59,900 bases of DNA from an uncultured Azospirillum sp. GTDB lineage: Bacteria > Pseudomonadota > Alphaproteobacteria > Rickettsiales > UBA3002. This document shows, one piece after another, positions 28,059-36,826 of the stretch. Position numbers and translations under genes: made by a program. The stretch lies in NCBI GenBank assembly GCA_964652475.1, contig CAZZCK010000005.1, positions 1,658-61,557 of the forward strand. Direction: 5' to 3'. The first letter of the stretch is position 1. Each line of letters opens with the position of its first letter. The notes below the pieces were generated by a model, which saw only the letters and a list, made by a program, of their open reading frames with translations, was not told where the DNA came from and ran no database searches.

Positions 28059-29791
28059 GGCCCGACCTTTTGAGGGGGTTGACCGTTGGCTCCCGCCGGC
28101 GCGTCTGGTAATTTTTTAATGCCGCGCAGCCGAATCGTCGCAATCGGGTTGGTGATGATGCGGTTTGAGGTCGCGCCAAGCTCGACGACGGCTTCTTCGC
28201 TGCGTGCCTCATCCGTCCGCCAGGAGAAGGTATCGGCTTTGATATCATATTGCGGTAAGGCGCGGGTAAGCGCGGCAATAAACCCATCTGCCGCCGCATC
28301 GATCGGCACGAGGCTGCTACCGGCCCCAGAAAAATCCACGGTGAGGGTGATGCCCACCGGCAATTCTTCCACCGGGGTGCCCGCGGGTTTAGGCGTGGTT
28401 GGTGCGTCCGTGACTTTGGAGGCATCCCGATCCCATACCATGGAAGTGATGCGCTGCGAAGGTGTCACCAACGGTGCGAGCTGGGCGATAAAATCGTCGA
28501 TCAGTGGCGCATCTTTTACGTAAGCATCATGCGCCGCCACCACGACCGACTTAAAGGCCACATCGGTATCAAGCCCGGCAACCGTTGTTTTCATTTTTTG
28601 TAATTCCGGCTGCAGCTGATTCCATTTGCTTTGCGCTTGCGTCATCATCGATGCGCTTTGGAACGACTCGACCACCGAGGCCCCCGCCAGGCCAATGAGC
28701 AAAAGGGCAATCAACCCGCCACCAATACGCAAGCCGAGCATACCCTGATAGAGCTTATCCAGCTTCATCATGTAGGCGTTGGCGAAGCGCAAGCTGCGTT
28801 TTTTATGGATCCCAAACGCTGCCGCCATCACCACATCGCCAAAGCGATCGGCCGAAAGCGCCGCTTGCTCGAGCCCTAAGCCTTCCGCCGCTTCCAGTGG
28901 CGTATAGGCCACTGCCCGACCAAAGCCAAAGCGCTTGAGATCAAGCGAATCAATCACCTCGCGGGCGGTGATAATCGTTGTGTCAAGATTGGCGTTATCC
29001 TCAAAATCAAGGCGTTTGAGGTATTCAATCGTATTGATGATTTCCTGCTCGATACTGCCGGCCAGCACGGCGGCAATCCCATCATCGATCGCTTGCGAAA
29101 CGCGCGTAAATACCAGCTTACCATCGCGCATCACGACCTGACGAAACCCGGAAACTTTATGGTGCGAAATCAGCAATTGCCAGGCGCGAGGTTTTTCATC
29201 GCTCATGCGTTTATTGAGCAACCCCACGTAATGCGTCGCTTCGACGGGCGTGAGGTAGATGCCTTTCATCTGGTTGGGCAGCTCGAGCAGCAAATCAAGC
29301 CATTCATGCAGTAGCGGCGTTTTTGAAAGGGCCACCAGCAAATATTTCCATTCCTTGCGGCCTGTTTTATCCCGACCGATTTGCAGCGCACCTTTTAAGT
29401 CTTCGGGCTGAAAATCACGCTCAAGGCGGCGCTTGACCAGGCCAGCAATGGATAACGGGCTGACCGGTGGAAAGGTTTGCGGGATATATTGCTGATCGAG
29501 TACGTCGGCTAAAATACTCACTGGTACGTTTGGATTCGCGCGCATGATTTCGACAATGGCTTCGGCATGGTCTTTTCCGGCCGATGGCGCAAATAAACGG
29601 CGCACGACTTTTGCCCCGTGCATAAAAATAAGAATGCCGCCCTCATCGCCGATGATCAAGACAAAGCGTTTACCACCCCCCGCCGGTGGACGGCCTTTCG
29701 CCGATTTTTTCTGGCGTTTCACGCGCGGTGGCTTCGGCGACGTTACTGCACCATTTTCGGAAGGGTTTGCCTGTTTGCGCCCGCGCTTCAT
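28055..29791 (-). CDS. Large bitopic protein (candidate PilM-PilN fusion / GspL / MshI analogue)
   Basis: 578 aa: a basic disordered N-terminus, a ~350-aa cytoplasmic domain, one TM segment (GGLIALLLIGLAGASVV) and a ~190-aa periplasmic domain. It starts 6 nt after the pilC stop. Confidence 0.6.
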   Translation of the reverse strand: MKRGRKQANPSENGAVTSPKPPRVKRQKKSAKGRPPAGGGKRFVLIIGDEGGILIFMHGAKVVRRLFAPSAGKDHAEAIVEIMRANPNVPVSILADVLDQQYIPQTFPPVSPLSIAGLVKRRLERDFQPEDLKGALQIGRDKTGRKEWKYLLVALSKTPLLHEWLDLLLELPNQMKGIYLTPVEATHYVGLLNKRMSDEKPRAWQLLISHHKVSGFRQVVMRDGKLVFTRVSQAIDDGIAAVLAGSIEQEIINTIEYLKRLDFEDNANLDTTIITAREVIDSLDLKRFGFGRAVAYTPLEAAEGLGLEQAALSADRFGDVVMAAAFGIHKKRSLRFANAYMMKLDKLYQGMLGLRIGGGLIALLLIGLAGASVVESFQSASMMTQAQSKWNQLQPELQKMKTTVAGLDTDVAFKSVVVAAHDAYVKDAPLIDDFIAQLAPLVTPSQRITSMVWDRDASKVTDAPTTPKPAGTPVEELPVGITLTVDFSGAGSSLVPIDAAADGFIAALTRALPQYDIKADTFSWRTDEARSEEAVVELGATSNRIITNPIATIRLRGIKKLPDAPAGANGQPPQKVGP

Positions 29792-29797
29792 GCCTAC

Positions 29798-30997
29798 CTA
29801 AAATTTCATTTGCGAGAAGGACTGGTAAAGCGGGCCAAACACTGCGGCAATCACCCAGAAAATCAGCGCCCCCATGACCAATGTCATCACCGGTTGAATC
29901 ATCCCGACCAGCGCATCGACCGAGTCGTTTACTTCGCGGTCATAGAAGAATTTGATGTTGCTCATCGCATCACCCATGTTGCCGGAATCTTCACCGACCT
30001 TGAACATACGAATCACCAAGGTTGGGAATTGATTGGATATGCGCAACGATGCGGTGAGGTTATTTCCCTCAACAATGCTGCGATGGACAGTTTCGACCGA
30101 TTCCTTGATCACCCGGTTTTTGACGACGTTGCGCGCTGCCGTCAGCGCTTCGGGAATGTTGATGCCACTGCTGAACATCACCGAAAAGAAATGGGTGAAA
30201 CGTGCCAGATCGATTTTGCGTAAGGTGGGGCCAATCGCCGGCAGCTTCAGCAGCATACTATCGACCTTATACGCAAAGTTTTCGTTGGCTCGATAGAGCG
30301 CCATACAGATCATGAAGATTCCGATCGGGATACCAAAAATGAGGTGCCAACTCGATTGAAACGCCTCGGAAGTATAGATCAATGCTTTGGTGTGGGCCGG
30401 GATTTTGAAGCCCTGCTCGGTGATGAATTTGAGCAATTTGGGCACGACGGCAGTCATCAGAATCGCGATCACACCCGACATTACCACGAGCAGTACAATC
30501 GGGTAACTAATCGCCTTTTTCACTTTGCGGCGCAGGTCATTCGTCCATTTCAAATGGTTCGACATATTGACGAATGAATCGGTCAGCTTACCATTCTTCT
30601 CACCCGCACCGACCAAACCGATAAAAATTTCATTAAACACACGCGGGTAATTCGCCAGCGCCTGCGACAAGGAGCTACCGGTTTTTATTTTCTCGAGCAC
30701 ATCACTCATGATGTCGCGCATTTTCGCCGATTCGGTCGAGTCGCGCACATCCGCGATCGCTTCATGAATTGGAATCCCGGCGCGGCTTAATTGCTCGAGA
30801 TGCAGACACAGGATAATCATATCCTTGCTTTTGATTCGGGCTTTTTTACTGCTGTTGCGCTTTTGCTCGCGGTAGTTGACGAGGTCGAGGCCCACCTCCT
30901 TCAAGCGCGTTTCAAGATCCACCTCGTTCTCGGCGACCATCGAGCCACGCACCGTGCGGCCACGCTCATTGAGCGCACTATAGGTAAACTGAGCCAT
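29798..30997 (-). CDS. pilC: Type IV pilus / T2SS platform protein (PilC/GspF family)
   Basis: 399 aa with duplicated T2SSF-type cytoplasmic domains and three TM segments. C-terminal ...GPLYQSF..., typical of the family. Confidence 0.9.
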   Translation of the reverse strand: MAQFTYSALNERGRTVRGSMVAENEVDLETRLKEVGLDLVNYREQKRNSSKKARIKSKDMIILCLHLEQLSRAGIPIHEAIADVRDSTESAKMRDIMSDVLEKIKTGSSLSQALANYPRVFNEIFIGLVGAGEKNGKLTDSFVNMSNHLKWTNDLRRKVKKAISYPIVLLVVMSGVIAILMTAVVPKLLKFITEQGFKIPAHTKALIYTSEAFQSSWHLIFGIPIGIFMICMALYRANENFAYKVDSMLLKLPAIGPTLRKIDLARFTHFFSVMFSSGINIPEALTAARNVVKNRVIKESVETVHRSIVEGNNLTASLRISNQFPTLVIRMFKVGEDSGNMGDAMSNIKFFYDREVNDSVDALVGMIQPVMTLVMGALIFWVIAAVFGPLYQSFSQMKF

Positions 30998-31060
30998 AGC
31001 ACTCCATGGGTTGCACGCCGGGCGCGCCGGACAGCATGTTGGTGAACATGGATGAAGCTA

Positions 31061-32929
31061 TTACAAGCGGTCGGTCAGGTCTACCGTATTAATCAGCTCG
31101 GGGATATCTATGCTCCCCGCCAGTACCTTACTGATGCCGTCTTGCACCATCGGCACAAATCCATTTTGCAATGCGTATTCGAGCATCTGATTGCGGGTGG
31201 CTTTGGTCGCGATCAACTCATCCATCCCGTGATCAATCCGTAAAATTTCGTGCACTCCCATACGCCCCTTGTAACCCTTGAAGCCGCAACGTTCGCAGCC
31301 GACAGCTTCGTGCACGGTGGGTGGGTTTTTCTCATCCGCCCCGATCAGGCGGCATTCCTCGGTAGTAGCGGGACGCGGCTTACGACACACCGTGCATAGC
31401 TTGCGCGCCAAGCGCTGCGCCATCGTACAGATCAGCGACCCGGCCAACAAATGCGGCGGCACACCAATATCGCCCAAGCGCGGAATGGTGCCAAGCGCAT
31501 CATTCGTGTGCAAGGTGGTGAAGACCTGGTGACCGGTCAGCGCTGCCCGCACGGCCATTACCGCAGTTTCTTCGTCGCGCACCTCACCGAGGAAGATAAT
31601 GTCGGGATCTTGCCGCATCAGCGATTTAATGCCGGATTGAAAGTCGATCACGCCTTCGCGCACATTGGTTTGGCGAATCAGCGGTAATTGGTACTCGACC
31701 GGATCCTCAAGCGTCATGATGTTCACATCAATCGAGTTGATGTAGCTGAGCACCGAATAGAGGGTCGTTGTTTTCCCCGAGCCGGTTGGGCCGGTGACGA
31801 CGATGATGCCCTCCGGCCGTTTCAAGCAGCGCTTAATCAGCTCGAGATTATGCTCGGAAAAGCCAAGATTTTCAATCGGCACCAGCGATTTCGATTTATC
31901 CAAAATCCGTAAGACCACGTTTTCACCATGCACGGTGGGCTGAGTGGCAACACGAAAATCGACCTCACGGCCAAGCGCCACGATGCTGATGCGCCCATCC
32001 TGTGCACTACGCGTTTCCGCGATATTCATGCCCGACATAATTTTCAGCCGTACCAGAATGGCGGGCCAATAATCGCGGTGGAAGCTGCGAATCTGCTGCA
32101 AAGCCCCGTCGATCCGATAGCGCAGGCGCAAGAAGGATCCCTCCGGCTCGAAATGGATATCCGAGCAGCCCTGTTTGATCGCGTCGATCAGCAAGGCATT
32201 CACCAGGCGTACCGTCGGGTTAACATAGCCCTCTTCCCGGCCATCGAGCTGGGTTTTATCACGAATACCCGTCTCGATTTCGCGCAATACCCCGTCGATC
32301 GACAGGTCGTAGTTATAATAGCGCTCGATGAGATCAATAATTTCGGTTTCGGTACAAAAAATCGGGATAATTTTGATGGATTTATCGAGATGGCGGCGCA
32401 CCTGGTCGATGGCGAGCACGTTGTAGACATCCGCCATCGCGAGCTTCACCGTTTGCCCGGAAAGCTCCACCGGGATAACCTTGTTGCGCATACACACTTC
32501 TCGCGGCACAATCGCCAGCAAGTTGGTGTCGAGCATGGTCGATTTCGAATCAAAGCGCTCGGAACCCGAGCTTTCGGCCAGCACTTCGCCCAGCGCGCTC
32601 TCGGTGATAAAATTCATCGAGATCATGATTGAGCCGAGCAGCTTTTTCGATTTTTGCTGCTCGCGCAGGGCAATTTCGAGCTGATCTTTGGAAATTAAGC
32701 CCAGTGAAATCAGTTTTTCACCAATCCGTACGGGGCGCGCATCCGGTGGTTTTTTACCCAAGCCCGATTCAGGTGGTGCGCCCAGCACTGCTGCAGGCGC
32801 GGCGGTAGGGGCAACATCCTCGGCACGCGGAGCTGTTGCTGGCGCAGCCTCAGCCGTCCGCGCGGCCTTAGGGCTATGCGATAGGAAATCACCTTCGGAT
32901 GCATCCGGCGGGGTCATGATCTCTGGCAT
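31061..32929 (-). CDS. pilB: Type IV pilus assembly ATPase (PilB/GspE family, MshE-like N-terminus)
   Basis: Walker A GPTGSGKTTT, FLGEVRD, GHQVFTTLHT and the tetracysteine CTVC...CERC. The N-terminal RIGEKLISLGLISKDQLEIALREQ matches the MshEN motif. Confidence 0.93.
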   Translation of the reverse strand: MPEIMTPPDASEGDFLSHSPKAARTAEAAPATAPRAEDVAPTAAPAAVLGAPPESGLGKKPPDARPVRIGEKLISLGLISKDQLEIALREQQKSKKLLGSIMISMNFITESALGEVLAESSGSERFDSKSTMLDTNLLAIVPREVCMRNKVIPVELSGQTVKLAMADVYNVLAIDQVRRHLDKSIKIIPIFCTETEIIDLIERYYNYDLSIDGVLREIETGIRDKTQLDGREEGYVNPTVRLVNALLIDAIKQGCSDIHFEPEGSFLRLRYRIDGALQQIRSFHRDYWPAILVRLKIMSGMNIAETRSAQDGRISIVALGREVDFRVATQPTVHGENVVLRILDKSKSLVPIENLGFSEHNLELIKRCLKRPEGIIVVTGPTGSGKTTTLYSVLSYINSIDVNIMTLEDPVEYQLPLIRQTNVREGVIDFQSGIKSLMRQDPDIIFLGEVRDEETAVMAVRAALTGHQVFTTLHTNDALGTIPRLGDIGVPPHLLAGSLICTMAQRLARKLCTVCRKPRPATTEECRLIGADEKNPPTVHEAVGCERCGFKGYKGRMGVHEILRIDHGMDELIATKATRNQMLEYALQNGFVPMVQDGISKVLAGSIDIPELINTVDLTDRL

Positions 32930-33095
32930 GGTTGGTGGTCAAACAAATTACATAAGACGATGCATTATTTTAGAGGATAAGCGCCCCGCTAAGGCAAGTA
33001 AAATCAAAGCAATGTACTTAAATTATGCGCGAACAATCCGTCAGTGTGGTGTTTTTTCTAGCATCGGGTCCATGAGTTGGGCTATGCAACGCGCT

Positions 33096-33224
33096 ATGGA
33101 TCCCAATATCTATATTACCAGCGCTTATCTGATCACGGCCTTACTGCTAGTGGGCCTGTGCGTGCAAACCTGGCGGGCGGCACGCCGTATTACGCGCCAG
33201 CGGCGCGACCATCCCCATCCATGA
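33096..33224 (+). CDS. ccmD: Heme exporter protein CcmD (small ORF not listed separately in the ORF track)
   Basis: MDPNIYITSAYLITALLLVGLCVQTWRAARRITRQRR: one TM segment followed by a basic tail. The stop overlaps the ccmE ATG (ATGA). Alternative starts are at 33072 and 33084. Confidence 0.65.
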   Translation: MDPNIYITSAYLITALLLVGLCVQTWRAARRITRQRRDHPHP

Positions 33225-33673
33225 AAGCCAAACATCAGCGTTTGCTTTGGGTAATGTTCAGCATACTGGTCATGGCGGGTGCCGCCACGATGATGCTCAG
33301 CGCCATGCGCGATACGCTGATATTTTTCTATACGCCAAGCCAATTAAACGAGAAACGCACCCACCCCGAATTTGATGCCAAACGCCCGCTACGCATCGGT
33401 GGATTGGTCAAAGCCAGCAGCGTTCATAACCTTGAAACGGGTGGCATTCGCTTTACCATCACCGATCTGACGCAGGAAATCGACGTGACGTATCGCGGGC
33501 TGCTACCCAGTTTGTTCCGCGAAGGGCAAGGTGTGGTGGCGCAAGGCACGCTCAATGCCGACGGCGCGCTTGATGCCCAGAGCATTCTGGCCAAGCATGA
33601 TGAAACCTACATGCCGCGCGAGGTGATGGAACAGCTCAAAGCCTCGGGTAAATGGAAGGGCGGCGCGCCATGA
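33221..33673 (+). CDS. ccmE: Cytochrome c-type biogenesis heme chaperone CcmE
   Basis: An N-terminal TM anchor plus the heme-binding region LAKHDETYMPREV. Confidence 0.92.
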   Translation: MKAKHQRLLWVMFSILVMAGAATMMLSAMRDTLIFFYTPSQLNEKRTHPEFDAKRPLRIGGLVKASSVHNLETGGIRFTITDLTQEIDVTYRGLLPSLFREGQGVVAQGTLNADGALDAQSILAKHDETYMPREVMEQLKASGKWKGGAP

Positions 33674-35634
33674 TCCCCGAACTTGGTCAGCTTTGCCTCG
33701 TGCTGGCACTGATGATGAGCCTGCTGCAAGCGGCAGTGCCCCTACTCGCGCGCTGGAGCCATCCGCATTCCCTGCTGCATCTCACCAAGCCGATTGCTAC
33801 CGGTGTTTTTCTTTTGATTACAGCTGCATTCACTGCCTTACTGGTAAGTTTTGCCGTTTCTGATTTTTCGGTGTTGCTGGTTGTTCTTCATTCGCATAGC
33901 GCCAAGCCGCTGCTCTATAAAATCGTGGGCACCTGGGGCAACCATGAAGGCTCGATGCTGCTATGGATGTGGGTGCTGAGCGCCTCAGGGTTTTTGGTCG
34001 CCCTCACCCGCGCGCAGGATACGCAACTTAAAGGCATCACCCTCGCTGTGCTCGGCGCACTGGGTGCTGGCTTGCTGGCCTTTATTCTCTTCACCTCGAA
34101 CCCTTTTATTCGCGTTTTTCCAAGCCCGCTGGATGGGGAAGATCTCAACCCGATTTTGCAGGATATCGGCCTCGCGTTCCACCCGCCGACACTTTACGTC
34201 GGCTATGTCGGTTTTGGGGTGGCGTTTGCCTATGCCATCGCCGGCCTATGGCTCAAACGCATCGATAGCAATTGGGCGCGTACGGTGCAGCCATGGATTT
34301 TGCTGCCCTGGAGCTTTCTTACCCTGGGTATTGCCGGTGGCAGTTGGTGGGCCTACCGCGAGCTGGGCTGGGGGGGCTGGTGGTTTTGGGACCCGGTCGA
34401 GAATGTCTCGCTGCTGCCCTGGCTGACGGGTACGGCGCTGCTACATTCCAACCGCGTGCTCGAGCGTCGTGGCCAATTGGCACGCTGGGTGGTGCTGCTC
34501 GCCATTCTCACGTTCACCCTGTCCTTGATTGGCACATTTATTGTCCGCTCGGGGCTGATTACCTCGGTGCATGCGTTTGCTTCCGACCCGGCGCGCGGCA
34601 TGTTCATTCTGGCCTATATCGGTGTCGTCAGCGGACTGGCTTTATGGATGTACGGCGCGCGGGTGAACCATATTGCGGCGAATACATCAATGCAGATCAT
34701 CTCACGCAACGGCTTCATCCTCATCAATAACCTGATTCTCGTCGCCGCGGCAGCGGTGGTGCTGTTCGCCATTCTTTACCCGCTCGCGCTCGAGCTGCTC
34801 GGCCTGCCTGCGATCTCAATCGGCCCGGCCTATTTCAACCGCACCGTGCTGCCGCTCTGCGCTGTGTTGCCGGTGCTTTGCGCCCTCGCCCCTTTGATGG
34901 GGTGGGATGCGACCAGCCTTCATCAATTACGCCGATTATGTCTCACCCTGGGTCCATCCTTGCTGGCGGCGGCGATCATCGGCCTTGCGCTATTTTCCCC
35001 CCTATCGGCGTTGGGAATGGTGGGTATGGCCCTTACCGCCTGGCTCGCTTATGGTAGTTGGTATGCATTGCGCCGCCTGCGTACCGCGCAGCTACGACTC
35101 ACCTCGAGCCAGGGCATTCGCCAGATCGCCAGCATCATCGCCCATTTTGGCTTTGCGATCTTTATCCTGGGCATGACCACCACCGGCCTGATGAAGCAAA
35201 CCTACGACCTGCCCCTTACGCCCGATGCACCGATGGTGGCGGGTGCCTATACGCTTGAGTTGGTCGGTGTCGAGCGGCACGCGCAACATACGTATGAATC
35301 ACGCATCGCCCGTTTTGATATTCGCAAAAATGGGCAAGCCATCACCACCCTTGCACCGGAATTACGCAGCTACACCGTGCGTGGTATGCAAACCAGCGAA
35401 GCGGCGCTCTACTCGACCCCATGGCGCGATCTTTACCTGGTGCTGGGTGAAGCGAATGTTGCGCAAGGCGGGAAAGAATCGCGGCTTGGCATCCGGCTTT
35501 ATGTCACCCCCGGCCAGCAACTGATATGGATCGGCTTTATCCTCGCCGGAGTTGCTGGACTTTTGGCCCTATTCGTTGCATTTTCATCGCGATCACCCGT
35601 TAAGGATTCATCATGCGCCGTATACCCTTCCTGA
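33670..35634 (+). CDS. ccmF: Cytochrome c heme lyase subunit CcmF
   Basis: WGGWWFWDPVEN tryptophan-rich motif in a large polytopic protein. The ATG overlaps the ccmE stop. Confidence 0.94.
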   Translation: MIPELGQLCLVLALMMSLLQAAVPLLARWSHPHSLLHLTKPIATGVFLLITAAFTALLVSFAVSDFSVLLVVLHSHSAKPLLYKIVGTWGNHEGSMLLWMWVLSASGFLVALTRAQDTQLKGITLAVLGALGAGLLAFILFTSNPFIRVFPSPLDGEDLNPILQDIGLAFHPPTLYVGYVGFGVAFAYAIAGLWLKRIDSNWARTVQPWILLPWSFLTLGIAGGSWWAYRELGWGGWWFWDPVENVSLLPWLTGTALLHSNRVLERRGQLARWVVLLAILTFTLSLIGTFIVRSGLITSVHAFASDPARGMFILAYIGVVSGLALWMYGARVNHIAANTSMQIISRNGFILINNLILVAAAAVVLFAILYPLALELLGLPAISIGPAYFNRTVLPLCAVLPVLCALAPLMGWDATSLHQLRRLCLTLGPSLLAAAIIGLALFSPLSALGMVGMALTAWLAYGSWYALRRLRTAQLRLTSSQGIRQIASIIAHFGFAIFILGMTTTGLMKQTYDLPLTPDAPMVAGAYTLELVGVERHAQHTYESRIARFDIRKNGQAITTLAPELRSYTVRGMQTSEAALYSTPWRDLYLVLGEANVAQGGKESRLGIRLYVTPGQQLIWIGFILAGVAGLLALFVAFSSRSPVKDSSCAVYPS

Positions 35635-36155
35635 TCTTTTTATTGCTCGCATTCGGCCTGGCCCTGGCCCTCACCCAGCACAATCAGCCAGTGGCGGCGG
35701 GTGTTACCACCGCCAAAGCATTTCCGGATATGCGCGTCGCCATGCTTGAGGGCAAAGGTGAATGGACGGCCAGCAAATCACTGCCCGGTAACGTCACGCT
35801 CATCAATTTTTATGCGAGTTGGTGTACCCCATGTGCGGCGGAAATGCCGGAACTCATCGCCCTGAAAAAACAATTTCCGAAGTTGAAATTTGTCGGCATT
35901 GCCTGGAACGACACGCCCGAAACGCTGAATAAATGGCTCAAAAAAAATGGCAACCCGTTTGATGTTTTGTTGCTGGATGGCGAAGGCAAAGCGACGATCG
36001 ATTTGGGTATCAAAGGCCTGCCGGAAACACTGATCGTCGCGGCAGATGGCACCATTCGCTACCGCCATGCCGGGCCCATCACCGCCGCCATGCGCGAAGG
36101 GGAATTTGGCACGATGATTGGCGATTTGCTTGCCGAAAAACCCAATGCGAAATAA
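35613..36155 (+). CDS. ccmG: Thiol:disulfide oxidoreductase CcmG/DsbE
   Basis: Membrane anchor plus a thioredoxin fold with WCTPC and GIKGLPET. Confidence 0.9.
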   Translation: MRRIPFLIFLLLAFGLALALTQHNQPVAAGVTTAKAFPDMRVAMLEGKGEWTASKSLPGNVTLINFYASWCTPCAAEMPELIALKKQFPKLKFVGIAWNDTPETLNKWLKKNGNPFDVLLLDGEGKATIDLGIKGLPETLIVAADGTIRYRHAGPITAAMREGEFGTMIGDLLAEKPNAK

Positions 36156-36543
36156 GCTGGTTTTCATTCTAGGTTGTATGTGGATGGCGATGAGTGCCCA
36201 TGCTGCCACGATCGAGCAACCGCTATTACATCATGACCAGGAAATAATGGCACAAAGCCTTTTTCGTGAGCTGCGCTGCGTGGTGTGCGAGGGGCAATCC
36301 CTCGCTGAATCCGACGCAGTGCTCGCCCAGCAGATGCGCGCCGAGATCCGTGCGCAAGTGGCGAATGGTCAAACGCAAACGCAGGTGCTCGACTATTTTC
36401 GCGCACGCTATGGCGATGCAATTTTGCTTAACCCACGCCTCACCGCGCATACGGTGCTACTGTGGCTCGCACCACTTTTGTTTATGCTCCTCGGTGCTTG
36501 GGTAATGTGGCGTAGTCAACGCCTACGAGCGACCCATGAGTGA
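36145..36543 (+). CDS. ccmH: Cytochrome c-type biogenesis protein CcmH
   Basis: Signal peptide, LRCVVCEGQSLAESD (CxxC motif) and a C-terminal TM segment. Confidence 0.87.
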   Translation: MRNKLVFILGCMWMAMSAHAATIEQPLLHHDQEIMAQSLFRELRCVVCEGQSLAESDAVLAQQMRAEIRAQVANGQTQTQVLDYFRARYGDAILLNPRLTAHTVLLWLAPLLFMLLGAWVMWRSQRLRATHE

Positions 36544-36733
36544 ATTCATTTTCTTTGCACTTTATCTGTGCCTCAGCGCGATGCTGTTGGTGGTGATTCC
36601 GGTGATGCTTCACCCCACCTTGCCGATGCGAAAAAAAGTTATCATCTGCCTATTTACCTTTATATTCGTGGTGCCGTTTGGTCTTTTTCTTTATGCAGCA
36701 CTTGGCGTTCCTTCGATGGCGATCGCGCTGTAA
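36536..36733 (+). CDS. Small two-TM protein resembling only the N-terminal membrane module of CcmI/CycH
   Basis: 65 aa with two hydrophobic helices, ending ...YAALGVPSMAIAL. It is translationally coupled to ccmH (ATGAGTGA overlap). No TPR domain follows. Confidence 0.45.
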   Translation: MSEFIFFALYLCLSAMLLVVIPVMLHPTLPMRKKVIICLFTFIFVVPFGLFLYAALGVPSMAIAL

Positions 36734-36826
36734 ATTGACGCCGTTTTCACTGGCCCCGCTTAGCAAATAGGCCTATACTGCGCGCATAATGTCCCTGCCC
36801 CATCACTCTCACTTCAGGAGATTGTT

